Of a stretch of DNA of 64,000 nt, positions 55,705-64,000 are shown in pieces. Numbering within the stretch: position 1 is the first letter of the stretch; every line of letters starts with the position of its first letter. This stretch comes from Gammaproteobacteria bacterium (GTDB lineage: Bacteria > Pseudomonadota > Gammaproteobacteria > Ga0077536), in the NCBI GenBank assembly GCA_016209015.1, contig JACQWY010000028.1, forward strand, positions 13,356 to 77,355, in the 5' to 3' direction. Below the pieces are notes generated by a model. That model had not been told where the DNA came from. It saw only the letters and a list, made by a program, of their open reading frames with translations, and searched no databases. Made by a program: the position numbers and the translations under genes.

Positions 55705-56739
55705 ATGACCGACGCCACTTCGCTGATCTCCGACGCGCAAGCCTACGCCGACAGCAAAGACAACGATGCGCGGGCCTTCATCAACAAGCTCGCCGACGCG
55801 GCGAACGTGATCTACGACGGGGTGGTGGGCGACGTCGAGGCCTACCACGTGCCGATCACGGCCGCCGAAACGATGATCGACGACCTCGCCATCACCTTCC
55901 CAGAAATTCCTACCATCGTCGTGCCCGGCTACACCGTGCCGGCCGTCCCGACCATCTCCTTCACGCCCATCATCCACGACATCACGCTGCTCGAGGCCGC
56001 GCGCTCCAAGCTGCTCGGCGATCTCCAGGCCGGTGGGTACGGCATCGATGTCAATGACGAAACCCAGCTTCTCGATCGCGAGCGCGAGCGCATCGTCGCC
56101 GAGGCCCAGCAGACCGCCGACTCCGTCGAAGTCGCGTTCGCGACCCGCCGCTTCAGCGAGCCCCCGGGCACGATGTTCGGCGCCATGTCGCGCATGAAGG
56201 AGTCGATCCGCGAAGCCGTCCAGCTCGCGAGCCGCAACATCTACATCCAGCGCGCGACGCAGTTCTTTCAGGCCAGGCAGTTCGCCGTCCAGACCGCGGC
56301 GACCCTCGATCGCACGCGCGCCGACATCATCGAGATCCAGTTCCAGATCGAAGAGGCCCGCGCGCGTTTCGCGCTCGCGCTGTTCCAATCCCAGCTCGAG
56401 CAGTTCAAGACCCAGCTCTCGGCGGCGATCGACAAGGCGAGCCTCGCCGTTCGGATCTACGAGGCGCAGGCCACGATGGTCGACGCGCGCGCCCGGATCT
56501 CCACCCAGAAAGCGCAGGTCTTCATCGCCGAGTACCAAGCCAACGTGCAGGCATTCCTCGGCGTCATGGAGATCCGCCTGCGCAACGCTCAGAACAAGCT
56601 CGCCGCCGCGACCGCGACGGGCGACGCACGCCGCGACGCCGCGAAAGCCGGCGCCGATTTCTATTCGACGCTGGTCGCCGGCGCCCTCGGCGCGGTGAAC
56701 ACCATGGTCAGCCAGTCCGCACAGGAGACCACTGCATGA
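55705..56739 (+). CDS. putative internal/ejection protein
   Basis: Ala/Gln-rich helical protein after tail genes. Confidence 0.6.
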   Translation: MTDATSLISDAQAYADSKDNDARAFINKLADAANVIYDGVVGDVEAYHVPITAAETMIDDLAITFPEIPTIVVPGYTVPAVPTISFTPIIHDITLLEAARSKLLGDLQAGGYGIDVNDETQLLDRERERIVAEAQQTADSVEVAFATRRFSEPPGTMFGAMSRMKESIREAVQLASRNIYIQRATQFFQARQFAVQTAATLDRTRADIIEIQFQIEEARARFALALFQSQLEQFKTQLSAAIDKASLAVRIYEAQATMVDARARISTQKAQVFIAEYQANVQAFLGVMEIRLRNAQNKLAAATATGDARRDAAKAGADFYSTLVAGALGAVNTMVSQSAQETTA

Positions 56740-58190
56740 GACCCACGATCTACGTGAATTCCGAGGGGGGCGCGGACAACGCGCCGCCGTACGTCCGCGA
56801 CGCCATCACGAGCCTCCAGCAGCGCGCGAGCGCGCAGCGTTCCGCGGCCGCCGCCGTGCAGCCCACCGCGGCGCCGGGCTCCTACGCGAATCCCCTGCAG
56901 GGCCAGGACCAGACGTCGATCATGGGCCGCGTGAAAGCGGCCGCCGGGATCCCGGGGCCGGGCGCCGCACCCGAGACGGGGAACGCCGGTGTGCCGCAGC
57001 CGCCGCAGCCGCCGCAGCCCGGCGTCAACGGCAGCGCGCCGGCGCCGAAGGGCATCATCGGCAAGGTGGCCGGCGCGGCAGGCCGCGTCTCGCGCTCGCC
57101 GGTCGGCCGCTACGTCGCACCCATCGCGGGGGCCGCGCAGGCGATTCACGGGCTCGCGGACGTCGCGGGCGGTGATACCGTCAATGGCGTCGAGAACACC
57201 GTGCTCGGCGGCCTCACTGCCATCCCGGCGACAGCGCCGGCCGGCATCATCGGCAACGTCCTGAAGACGGCGCGCGATGCCGCGCTCGGCTGGGGCGCCC
57301 AGAAGTACGTCGACGCAACGACGCCCCCGAACTCGGGCTCGCGCATCGTCGGACCCGCGCTCGCGGCCCAGCTCAACGGCAAGACGCCCGAGCGGGCACT
57401 CATCGACGCCGGTCATCGGGCCGCCCCTGGACAGCCCCAGAAACCGACGGAGAGCACGCCTGCGCCGATTTCGGCCCCTGCCGCACCGAGCCCCGCGTCG
57501 CTCGTCGATAATGGCGCCTACGTGCCTCCGCGGGGCACCGGCATCATTCGGAACAACGGCACCGGGGCGATCACCGAGATCAACGGATCCCCGGCCCCGG
57601 AGCAGGTCGCCCAGGCGCCCTCCGACATCGGTCGTCGCGAGCCCGTGAACGTCCCGAACGCGGCGCTCGCCACCGACATCGATACGCTGCCGCAGTTCTT
57701 GCAGGGAGCCTCGGAGGCCGGTCAGGCGCTCGTCAATAACAAGCAGCAGGCCGCGAAGGAGGCGGGGCTCATCCGCCGCGCGAAAGCGGGCCAGGAATAC
57801 CAGAAGGGCGAGACCGAGCTCGGTGCGCAGCAGCGCCTCGATCACGTGCTCGAGCAGCTTACCCAGCTCAACGACCAGAACGATCCGCAGGGCGCGAAGC
57901 GTGCCGAGCTCCAGAACACCGCGCTCACGCTCCGCGGCCACGTCCCGACGACGTCCGACACCCCCGAAGATCGCTACCGCAACACGCTCACGAAAGGCGT
58001 GCTGCCGGCGGCGCTCGACGAGAAGGGGCGCACCGATGCGCTCAAGTGGGTGGATCAGCAGATGGCCGACTACCGGGAGCGCCGCTCCGGCCGTGCGGCC
58101 GCGCCGCAGTACGAAGAGGGCAAGGTCTACGTCGACGGGAAAGGAAATCGCGCGAAGTACCAGAACGGGCAGTGGGTGGCGGCAGCGTGA
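56736..58190 (+). CDS. putative internal/ejection protein
   Basis: Gly/Ala/Pro-rich; ends EGKVYVDGKGNRAKYQNGQWV. Confidence 0.6.
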   Translation: MRPTIYVNSEGGADNAPPYVRDAITSLQQRASAQRSAAAAVQPTAAPGSYANPLQGQDQTSIMGRVKAAAGIPGPGAAPETGNAGVPQPPQPPQPGVNGSAPAPKGIIGKVAGAAGRVSRSPVGRYVAPIAGAAQAIHGLADVAGGDTVNGVENTVLGGLTAIPATAPAGIIGNVLKTARDAALGWGAQKYVDATTPPNSGSRIVGPALAAQLNGKTPERALIDAGHRAAPGQPQKPTESTPAPISAPAAPSPASLVDNGAYVPPRGTGIIRNNGTGAITEINGSPAPEQVAQAPSDIGRREPVNVPNAALATDIDTLPQFLQGASEAGQALVNNKQQAAKEAGLIRRAKAGQEYQKGETELGAQQRLDHVLEQLTQLNDQNDPQGAKRAELQNTALTLRGHVPTTSDTPEDRYRNTLTKGVLPAALDEKGRTDALKWVDQQMADYRERRSGRAAAPQYEEGKVYVDGKGNRAKYQNGQWVAAA

Positions 58191-61100
58191 TCAACTTCGA
58201 CCCGTCTACCGCACGTCTCGAGGCCGCGCCGGCTGCCGGCGGTTTCGACCCGTCCACGGCGCAGCTCGCGCCCGAGCCCGAGAAGCCCGGCATCATCGCG
58301 CGCGCGGCCGGCGCCGCGGGGTCCGCGGGCCGCGGGCTGCTCGACACCGCAAAGGCCGACGTCGGCAAGATCACCGAGGCGGTGGCGCCGGCTGCGCCCG
58401 CTCCGGTCGCGACGCCGACGCCAGCCCCGGCGCCGGCTCCCCTGCCGGCTGCCGCGCCGGCGCCGAACTTCCGTCCCGAGACCGCGAAGCCCGCCCCCGA
58501 GCCGCAGCAACCCGGCACCGGCGGGATCGGCAGCGAATTCGTGCAGGGGTTCAAGGCGGGTGTCGGTGGTCAGAACGCCTCGATGCTCGGCGGCGCCCTC
58601 GAGGCCGGCGGCATCATCGCGCGCAACCGCGCGCCCGGCATGGCGAAGGCTGCGATCGACGCCGGCCAGAAGCTCCAGGACTGGGGCACCGAGCACACGC
58701 CGACGCCGCAGGTCGGCAGCATCACGGACGTCCCGGGTGACGGCATCCTGGACACCGCGGAGCGCGCCGCGAAGTACGCGGCATTCCAGGCGGGCTCGGG
58801 CATCGGCACGTCAGCACCCTCGCTCGTCGCCGGCACCGCGGCCGGGCTCGCCACCGAGAATCCGCTCGTCGGCTTCCTCGCAGGCGCCGTCGGGCCCTCG
58901 TACCTCCAGAATCTCGGCGACGTCTACACGAGCGCGAAATCCGATCCGGACATCTCGAAAGCGCTCTCGAGCGGCCATCTCACGCCAGAGCAGATCGCGC
59001 GTACCTCGGCGCTCGCCGCCGTGCCGATCGCGGCGCTCGACGCGCTCTCGCTCGAAAACGTGCTCCACAACGCGTTCAAGCCGGCGAAGGACGAGCTCGC
59101 GAAACGGATCCTCAAGGGCATCGCCACCGGCGCGATTACCGAGGGCTCGACCGAAGGCCTGCAGGACGTCGTCTCGCAGTGGGCACAATCCACGCTCGGC
59201 CAGCACAAGGAACTCAAGGACCGCGTGGTCGAAGTCGTCGACAACGCACTCGGAGGCGTGTTCTCTGGCGGTCTGATGGGTGGCGTCAGCGGAGTGCGCG
59301 GTCATCCGAACGAGCCCCCGCCGGCTCCCGGCGGTGCCGCCTACGTGCCGCGTGAAGGCGAAGTCATCCCGGGCGCGCCGCCCGGCACCGCACGGGTCGC
59401 CGCGCCCCAGCCGGCGGGGATGCCGGCCGTCCCCGGCGTGCCGCCAGGTGCGCCGCCCGCCGGCCCCGCGCTCACGCCGCCGCGCACCGCGCCGACCCGC
59501 GTCGACCCCGCGCACATCATGGACGCGACCCAGCGCGGCATTCTCATCCCGGTGCAGCAGCCCGGAGGCATGATCTCGCGCGCTCGTGCGCAGCAGAAGA
59601 CGGCGGAGGGAACTCACCAGCCCGACGCGCCGGCGCCGGGCATGGTTCGCATGTACCACGGCGGAAGCGTAGAAGCGGGCGTTGATGGTCCCCGCTGGTT
59701 CTCCAGCAACAAGAACTATGCACAGCAATACGCTGAGAGAGTGGGCGCGGGGAAACATCTCTATTACGTCGACATTCCGGAAAGTCATCCATCCGTGGCT
59801 CCCGATGAATTCAATCCGGAGCAGTCGATCAAGAATGGATTTACGGTGAATACAGAGTTGCCCGAAGAGATCGCGAGGAACGCAAAGCCGCTATCTTCGG
59901 TCGACGAGTCTCTCACCAACGTCCCCGCACAACCCGCCGCCCCAGCCCAAGAGAAAGGGACAGTAGCGACCGCTAGTGTCCATTCCCCGGAGGCCTTCAC
60001 CCCCACCCACGAACTCCCCGACGGCACCCCGGTCCGCGCCACGGAGGAGCCGCACGTCTACACCGACGCCGCCGGCACCGAGATCGAAGACCGCAACGCC
60101 AAGCCGTTCGCGGCCGAGCGCATCGCCGCGGCAGCCGCGCAGGCTGCGACCTCCCCGGACAACGCCCTGGCCGAGCCGACCGACGGACAGAAGGCAGCCG
60201 GCAACTATCAGAAAGGACATGTCAACCTGCACGGGCTTGACATCGCGATCGAGAACCCGGCGGGTTCGAAGCGCACCGGGGTCGGCGAGAACGGCAAGCC
60301 GTGGTCCGTGGAGATGTCGGCGCACTACGGCTACCTGAAGCAGACCGAGGGTGCCGATGGCGATCAGGTCGACGTCTACCTGACCGACCACGCGGGAGAT
60401 GCGAATCGCCCGGTCTACGTCTTCGATCAAGTCAGCAAAGACGGGACCTTCGACGAGCACAAGGCCGTGCTGGGCGCCGCAGATCAGACCGAGGCCGAGA
60501 AGCTCTACGACGCGCACTTCAGCGACGGCAGCGGCCCGAAGCGCCGTGCCGCGGTCACGGAGATGAGCATCGCCGAGTTCAAGGACTGGGCGCGCGGGGA
60601 CACGCGGGCGCCTGTCGTCAACGTCGCCACTGGCGAGGAGCACATCCCAACGCGGAAGACGGATTCCACGATCTCGCCGACTCAAACCGAGAAAACCGAC
60701 GAAACCAACAAACCGGCCACGAAACCGTTCGAGCATGGCCCGCGGCAGAATCGCAATCAGGGACAAGTCTTCACGTTCTCTCAGGACATCGCGCATGACA
60801 TTCGACGCGGCGCGAGGCCGGTCAATGACCTGCATCGGAAGCCGACCGGCTGGCTCATGAGTGACGGCGATCGTGGCGTCGTCCTTATCCACCCTCACGA
60901 AGACTCGGGGCTCGTGTTTCGCTTCGACGAGAAGAGCGGTACCGACCACATGCGCGCCCGTGCTCGAGCGCAGGTCTATGCGATCGATAACCGAATCGAA
61001 GGTGGAACGTCGGCGGCCGAGCCAGCGATGGAAGAGCCGAAGTCCGAGGCGCCGCGCGAGCGCTGGAAGAGTTTCACTGTCTCCCCGGCGGCGGACCCCT

Positions 61101-64000
61101 CGTGGTACGTAGTTCGTGAGCCGAGTGCTGGGCAGAGCAGCGCAGCGCAGAACCTCGCGCGGTTTAAGATTCGTGACGACGGTCGCCTCGGGAAGGTGGA
61201 CCATTTCTTCGAGTCGTCGCAGACGCGCGAGCCGGTCGAAAAGGCGATCCGAAGATTTGTCGATTCCCAGAAGCAAGGTCAGGCCGCGCCCGCGAAAGAG
61301 CAGCCGAAGGCCGCGCCTAAGCCGGCACCAGAATCAGTGAAGAAGGACGAGCCGAAAGCCGCCCCGAAACCAGCGCCCGTCGTATCGGCCAACACCATCG
61401 TCACCGACGACACCGCGGAGGCTGCTCGCAAACTGCTCCGCTCCAAGCTCGGGCAACTCAATACCGGCATCGATCCCGAAGTGTTGCAGGCCGGCATCAC
61501 GCTGGCCGTCTACCACATCGAGCGCGGCGCCCGGACGTTCGCGGCCTATGCGAAGGCGATGATCGGGGACCTGGGCGACCTCGTGCGGCCGTACCTCAAA
61601 AGCTGGTACATGGCCGCGAAGTACGATCCCCGCACCACCGACGAACTCCGCGCGGCCATGAGCCCGGCGGACGAGATCGATGCGATCGACGCGTCGGCTA
61701 TACTTAGGGCAGAGGAACCCACCGATGGAATTCAGAACGGCCTACCTGAACGCGATGCGGGATCACAGTCCGCGCGAGTTCAATCAACTGACGCGGAGCG
61801 GCCAGATGGAGGCGCACCTGCAGGAGAAGACGCAGGAGGCGTACCGGATGCTGGACGAGCACTTGGCGAACGTGCCCCGCGCGGCAAACGGGGCGCCACG
61901 CGACGCGCGCGCGGTGAGCGAAGCGGAGAGGATAGTGCTGGACACGCTGATCGACTTCCCACCCGCAGCAACTTCCGAATCGAGCCCGGCGGCCTAGAAG
62001 AGGACCGCGGCTGGACGCAGAAGGCGCGCGATAACGTCCGCGCCATCGAACTACTCCAGGAAATCGAATCTGAGGGCCGCGCGGCCACCCCTGAAGAGCA
62101 GAAGGCGCTCAGCCTGTACGTTGGCTGGGGCGGCATGCCGGGTGTGTTCCCGGTCAAGGAAGGCGACTACGGAAAGGGCTTCGAGAAGGTTGGAGCGCGC
62201 GTGCGCGAACTCCTGACCGACGAGGAATATGACGCCGCCAGCCGCAGCACCCAGTACGCCCACTACACGAGCGAGCGCATCATCCGCTCCATGTGGGATC
62301 TCGCGCAGCGCCTGGGCTTCCGTGGCGGCGCGATATTCGAGCCCGGCATGGGCGTCGGACACTTCGCTGGCCTCATCCCGGCCGACGTCGACCCCGGCAC
62401 CATGTACCAAGGTCTCGAGATGGACCCGACCTCGGCGCGCATCGCCAAGCTGCTCTACCCGAAGTTCGGTGTCCGGCTCGAGGACTTCACGAAGGCGCCG
62501 CTGCCCGAGAACGCATTCGACCTCGTGATCGGCAATCCGCCGTTCGCCGACATCCCGATCAAGGCCGATCCGAAGTACGCGACGCACGGCTTCCTGTTGC
62601 ATGACTACTTCTTCGCGAAGAGCCTCGATGCCGTCAGGCCCGGAGGCCTCCTGATGTTCATCTCGTCGGCAGGCACGATGAACAAGCAGGACACGAAGGC
62701 GCGCGAGTGGATGGCGAAGCGGGCGGATCTCATCGGCGCGGTGCGCCTGCCCTCGAACGCGTTCAAGCAGAACGCTGGCACCGAGGTCACGACTGACATT
62801 CTCGTGTTTCGGAAGCGCCGCCCCGGCGAAGCGATTCGGGTGAATAGCTCTGGCCGCTGGTTGACCCAGACGAACGACGCCGGAGAGGCTGTCGGCTCCC
62901 CGGTTCTTGAAGACGCGCCGGAATGGGTCGACGTGTCCGAGATCACGCTGCCGAACAAGGACGGCGTACCCACCACGGGCTACTCGAATCAGTATTTCGT
63001 CGAGCATCCCGAGATGGTGCTCGGAGAGCAAGGTTTCTTCGACAAGCTCTATCAGGGGCGCTACGCCGTGCACGCGACGCCCGGCGCCGATCTGGCCGCG
63101 CAGCTCCGCGAAGCGCTCGGCCGGTTCCCGTCCCAGGTGATGTCGGACTGGACCACGACGCACAGCCACGACGATCTCGACTTCGCGAGCGGCGAGCGCA
63201 AGGAGGGCAGCTACTACCTCGACAAGGACGGTCGCCTCATGCAATTCACGGGCGGCGTAGGCCGCGCGGTGGAACGCCGCGGCAAAGGCGTGGAGGGCGG
63301 CAAGTCCAAAGACGAGCTCGACCGCATTCGCGCGCTCATCCCGATGCGCGACGCGCTGCGCGCCGTCTATGCCGCGGATCTCGGCGGGCAAGCCGAGAAG
63401 GCCACGGCGGCACGCGCTGCACTGAACAAGGCTTACGACAAATTCGTCGCCGAGTTCGGTCCCATCAATCAGGCGGAATTCAGCTACCGCCGTCCGAACA
63501 GGGTCCAGGCAGAGAGCGCACGCGCGGAGGCGCGCGAGGAAGCACGCTCAGCCGGGCTGCCGTTCGATGAGGGTTCGTTCGATCCGACGCGCATGGTCAA
63601 GGCGGGCGCCACACTCGCGGCCATCGGGAAGGCGCGCGCGGAGGCGCGCGAAGCCGCGCTCACCGCCGGCGAGGAATGGCGCGAGGGCAGCTTCGACCCC
63701 GAGGACATGCCGGACATCGTCATCGAGAAGCGGCCGAACATCGATCCGTTCATCGACGACCAGGAGTCCTACCGCCTGCGCGCGATCGAGCGCTACGACG
63801 AGGCGACCGGCAAGGCGACCAAGGGTCTCGTGTTCTCCGAGAGCACGCTCGCCCGCGAGCGCAAGCCCACCATCAACAGCGTCGGTGACGCTCTGTTCCA
63901 CGTCCTCAACGTCCAGGGCTATCCGGACATCGACGCGATCGCCGAGGCCGCGGGGAAATCTCCGACCGAAGTACTGTCCGAGCTCGGCAATTCGCTGTTC
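58187..64000 (+). CDS. giant polyvalent virion protein (ART-like, inorganic pyrophosphatase-like, DarB-like N6 methyltransferase), truncated by window end
   Basis: GTG at 58187; same frame holds VRMYHG..WFS..YA (~59640), GNYQKGHV...HYGY...EGADGDQVDV (~60200-60380), YVGWGG, FEPGMGVG, IGNPPF (~62100-62550); no terminated ORF of this frame in the track. Confidence 0.85.
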   Translation, partial: MINFDPSTARLEAAPAAGGFDPSTAQLAPEPEKPGIIARAAGAAGSAGRGLLDTAKADVGKITEAVAPAAPAPVATPTPAPAPAPLPAAAPAPNFRPETAKPAPEPQQPGTGGIGSEFVQGFKAGVGGQNASMLGGALEAGGIIARNRAPGMAKAAIDAGQKLQDWGTEHTPTPQVGSITDVPGDGILDTAERAAKYAAFQAGSGIGTSAPSLVAGTAAGLATENPLVGFLAGAVGPSYLQNLGDVYTSAKSDPDISKALSSGHLTPEQIARTSALAAVPIAALDALSLENVLHNAFKPAKDELAKRILKGIATGAITEGSTEGLQDVVSQWAQSTLGQHKELKDRVVEVVDNALGGVFSGGLMGGVSGVRGHPNEPPPAPGGAAYVPREGEVIPGAPPGTARVAAPQPAGMPAVPGVPPGAPPAGPALTPPRTAPTRVDPAHIMDATQRGILIPVQQPGGMISRARAQQKTAEGTHQPDAPAPGMVRMYHGGSVEAGVDGPRWFSSNKNYAQQYAERVGAGKHLYYVDIPESHPSVAPDEFNPEQSIKNGFTVNTELPEEIARNAKPLSSVDESLTNVPAQPAAPAQEKGTVATASVHSPEAFTPTHELPDGTPVRATEEPHVYTDAAGTEIEDRNAKPFAAERIAAAAAQAATSPDNALAEPTDGQKAAGNYQKGHVNLHGLDIAIENPAGSKRTGVGENGKPWSVEMSAHYGYLKQTEGADGDQVDVYLTDHAGDANRPVYVFDQVSKDGTFDEHKAVLGAADQTEAEKLYDAHFSDGSGPKRRAAVTEMSIAEFKDWARGDTRAPVVNVATGEEHIPTRKTDSTISPTQTEKTDETNKPATKPFEHGPRQNRNQGQVFTFSQDIAHDIRRGARPVNDLHRKPTGWLMSDGDRGVVLIHPHEDSGLVFRFDEKSGTDHMRARARAQVYAIDNRIEGGTSAAEPAMEEPKSEAPRERWKSFTVSPAADPSWYVVREPSAGQSSAAQNLARFKIRDDGRLGKVDHFFESSQTREPVEKAIRRFVDSQKQGQAAPAKEQPKAAPKPAPESVKKDEPKAAPKPAPVVSANTIVTDDTAEAARKLLRSKLGQLNTGIDPEVLQAGITLAVYHIERGARTFAAYAKAMIGDLGDLVRPYLKSWYMAAKYDPRTTDELRAAMSPADEIDAIDASAILRAEEPTDGIQNGLPERDAGSQSARVQSTDAERPDGGAPAGEDAGGVPDAGRALGERAPRGKRGATRRARGERSGEDSAGHADRLPTRSNFRIEPGGLEEDRGWTQKARDNVRAIELLQEIESEGRAATPEEQKALSLYVGWGGMPGVFPVKEGDYGKGFEKVGARVRELLTDEEYDAASRSTQYAHYTSERIIRSMWDLAQRLGFRGGAIFEPGMGVGHFAGLIPADVDPGTMYQGLEMDPTSARIAKLLYPKFGVRLEDFTKAPLPENAFDLVIGNPPFADIPIKADPKYATHGFLLHDYFFAKSLDAVRPGGLLMFISSAGTMNKQDTKAREWMAKRADLIGAVRLPSNAFKQNAGTEVTTDILVFRKRRPGEAIRVNSSGRWLTQTNDAGEAVGSPVLEDAPEWVDVSEITLPNKDGVPTTGYSNQYFVEHPEMVLGEQGFFDKLYQGRYAVHATPGADLAAQLREALGRFPSQVMSDWTTTHSHDDLDFASGERKEGSYYLDKDGRLMQFTGGVGRAVERRGKGVEGGKSKDELDRIRALIPMRDALRAVYAADLGGQAEKATAARAALNKAYDKFVAEFGPINQAEFSYRRPNRVQAESARAEAREEARSAGLPFDEGSFDPTRMVKAGATLAAIGKARAEAREAALTAGEEWREGSFDPEDMPDIVIEKRPNIDPFIDDQESYRLRAIERYDEATGKATKGLVFSESTLARERKPTINSVGDALFHVLNVQGYPDIDAIAEAAGKSPTEVLSELGNSLF
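61725..61997 (+). CDS. TnpV-like protein overprinted inside the giant gene
   Basis: RBS GAGGA; MRDHSPREFNQLTRSGQMEAHL...A...AERIVLDTLI. Confidence 0.6.
   Translation: MEFRTAYLNAMRDHSPREFNQLTRSGQMEAHLQEKTQEAYRMLDEHLANVPRAANGAPRDARAVSEAERIVLDTLIDFPPAATSESSPAA

Larger units (their letters stand above)
6150..64000. mobile_element. temperate (pro)phage, lambdoid control region with podovirus-type morphogenesis genes; right end outside window
   Basis: att core, int, cI/cro/cII, Q, lysis, terminase, portal, capsid; no tail tube or tape measure gene seen. Confidence 0.92.

Noticed and set aside
58380..58520. GC-rich short tandem repeats
   Set aside because: Explained by Pro/Ala linker codons in the giant protein
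55705..59600. Tape measure protein and long tail
   Set aside because: No tail tube, sheath or chaperone genes; order fits podovirus ejection proteins
59891..63391. Minus-strand ORFs of 461 and 446 aa
   Set aside because: Antisense to the giant plus-strand gene whose domains are recognisable

Overview
High-GC window dominated by a temperate phage (about 6150 to the window end) bordered by the 3' half of a tRNA-Asn(GTT) gene. From left to right the phage has: tyrosine integrase and DUF4224 excisionase; a long leftward early operon (many small ORFs, DUF5131, MazG-like, DEDDh-WYL exonuclease, nuclease plus annealing protein); a lambdoid cI/cro/cII switch with visible operators; replication and nin-like genes including a C5 methyltransferase split over two overlapping frames; Q; and a lysis cassette. 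Next come two leftward cassettes, each with a strong promoter carrying a palindrome in its spacer, small ORFs and a terminal paralogous HTH gene (acr-aca-like architecture). A ~10.5 kb cluster of appendage/fibre-like genes, three with signal peptides, sits before terS/terL. Portal, scaffold, N4-gp56-type capsid, podovirus-type tail and ejection genes follow, ending in a giant polyvalent protein (ART-like, inorganic-pyrophosphatase-like, DarB-like methyltransferase) that runs off the window and contains an overprinted TnpV-like ORF. Bases 1-6100 hold accessory genes (M41-like peptidase, Rap1a-like, DUF4145, convergent DUF5131/TcmP pair), either from a second island at the same tRNA or from the other end of the phage. 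All family assignments are by eye from motifs; no searches were run.
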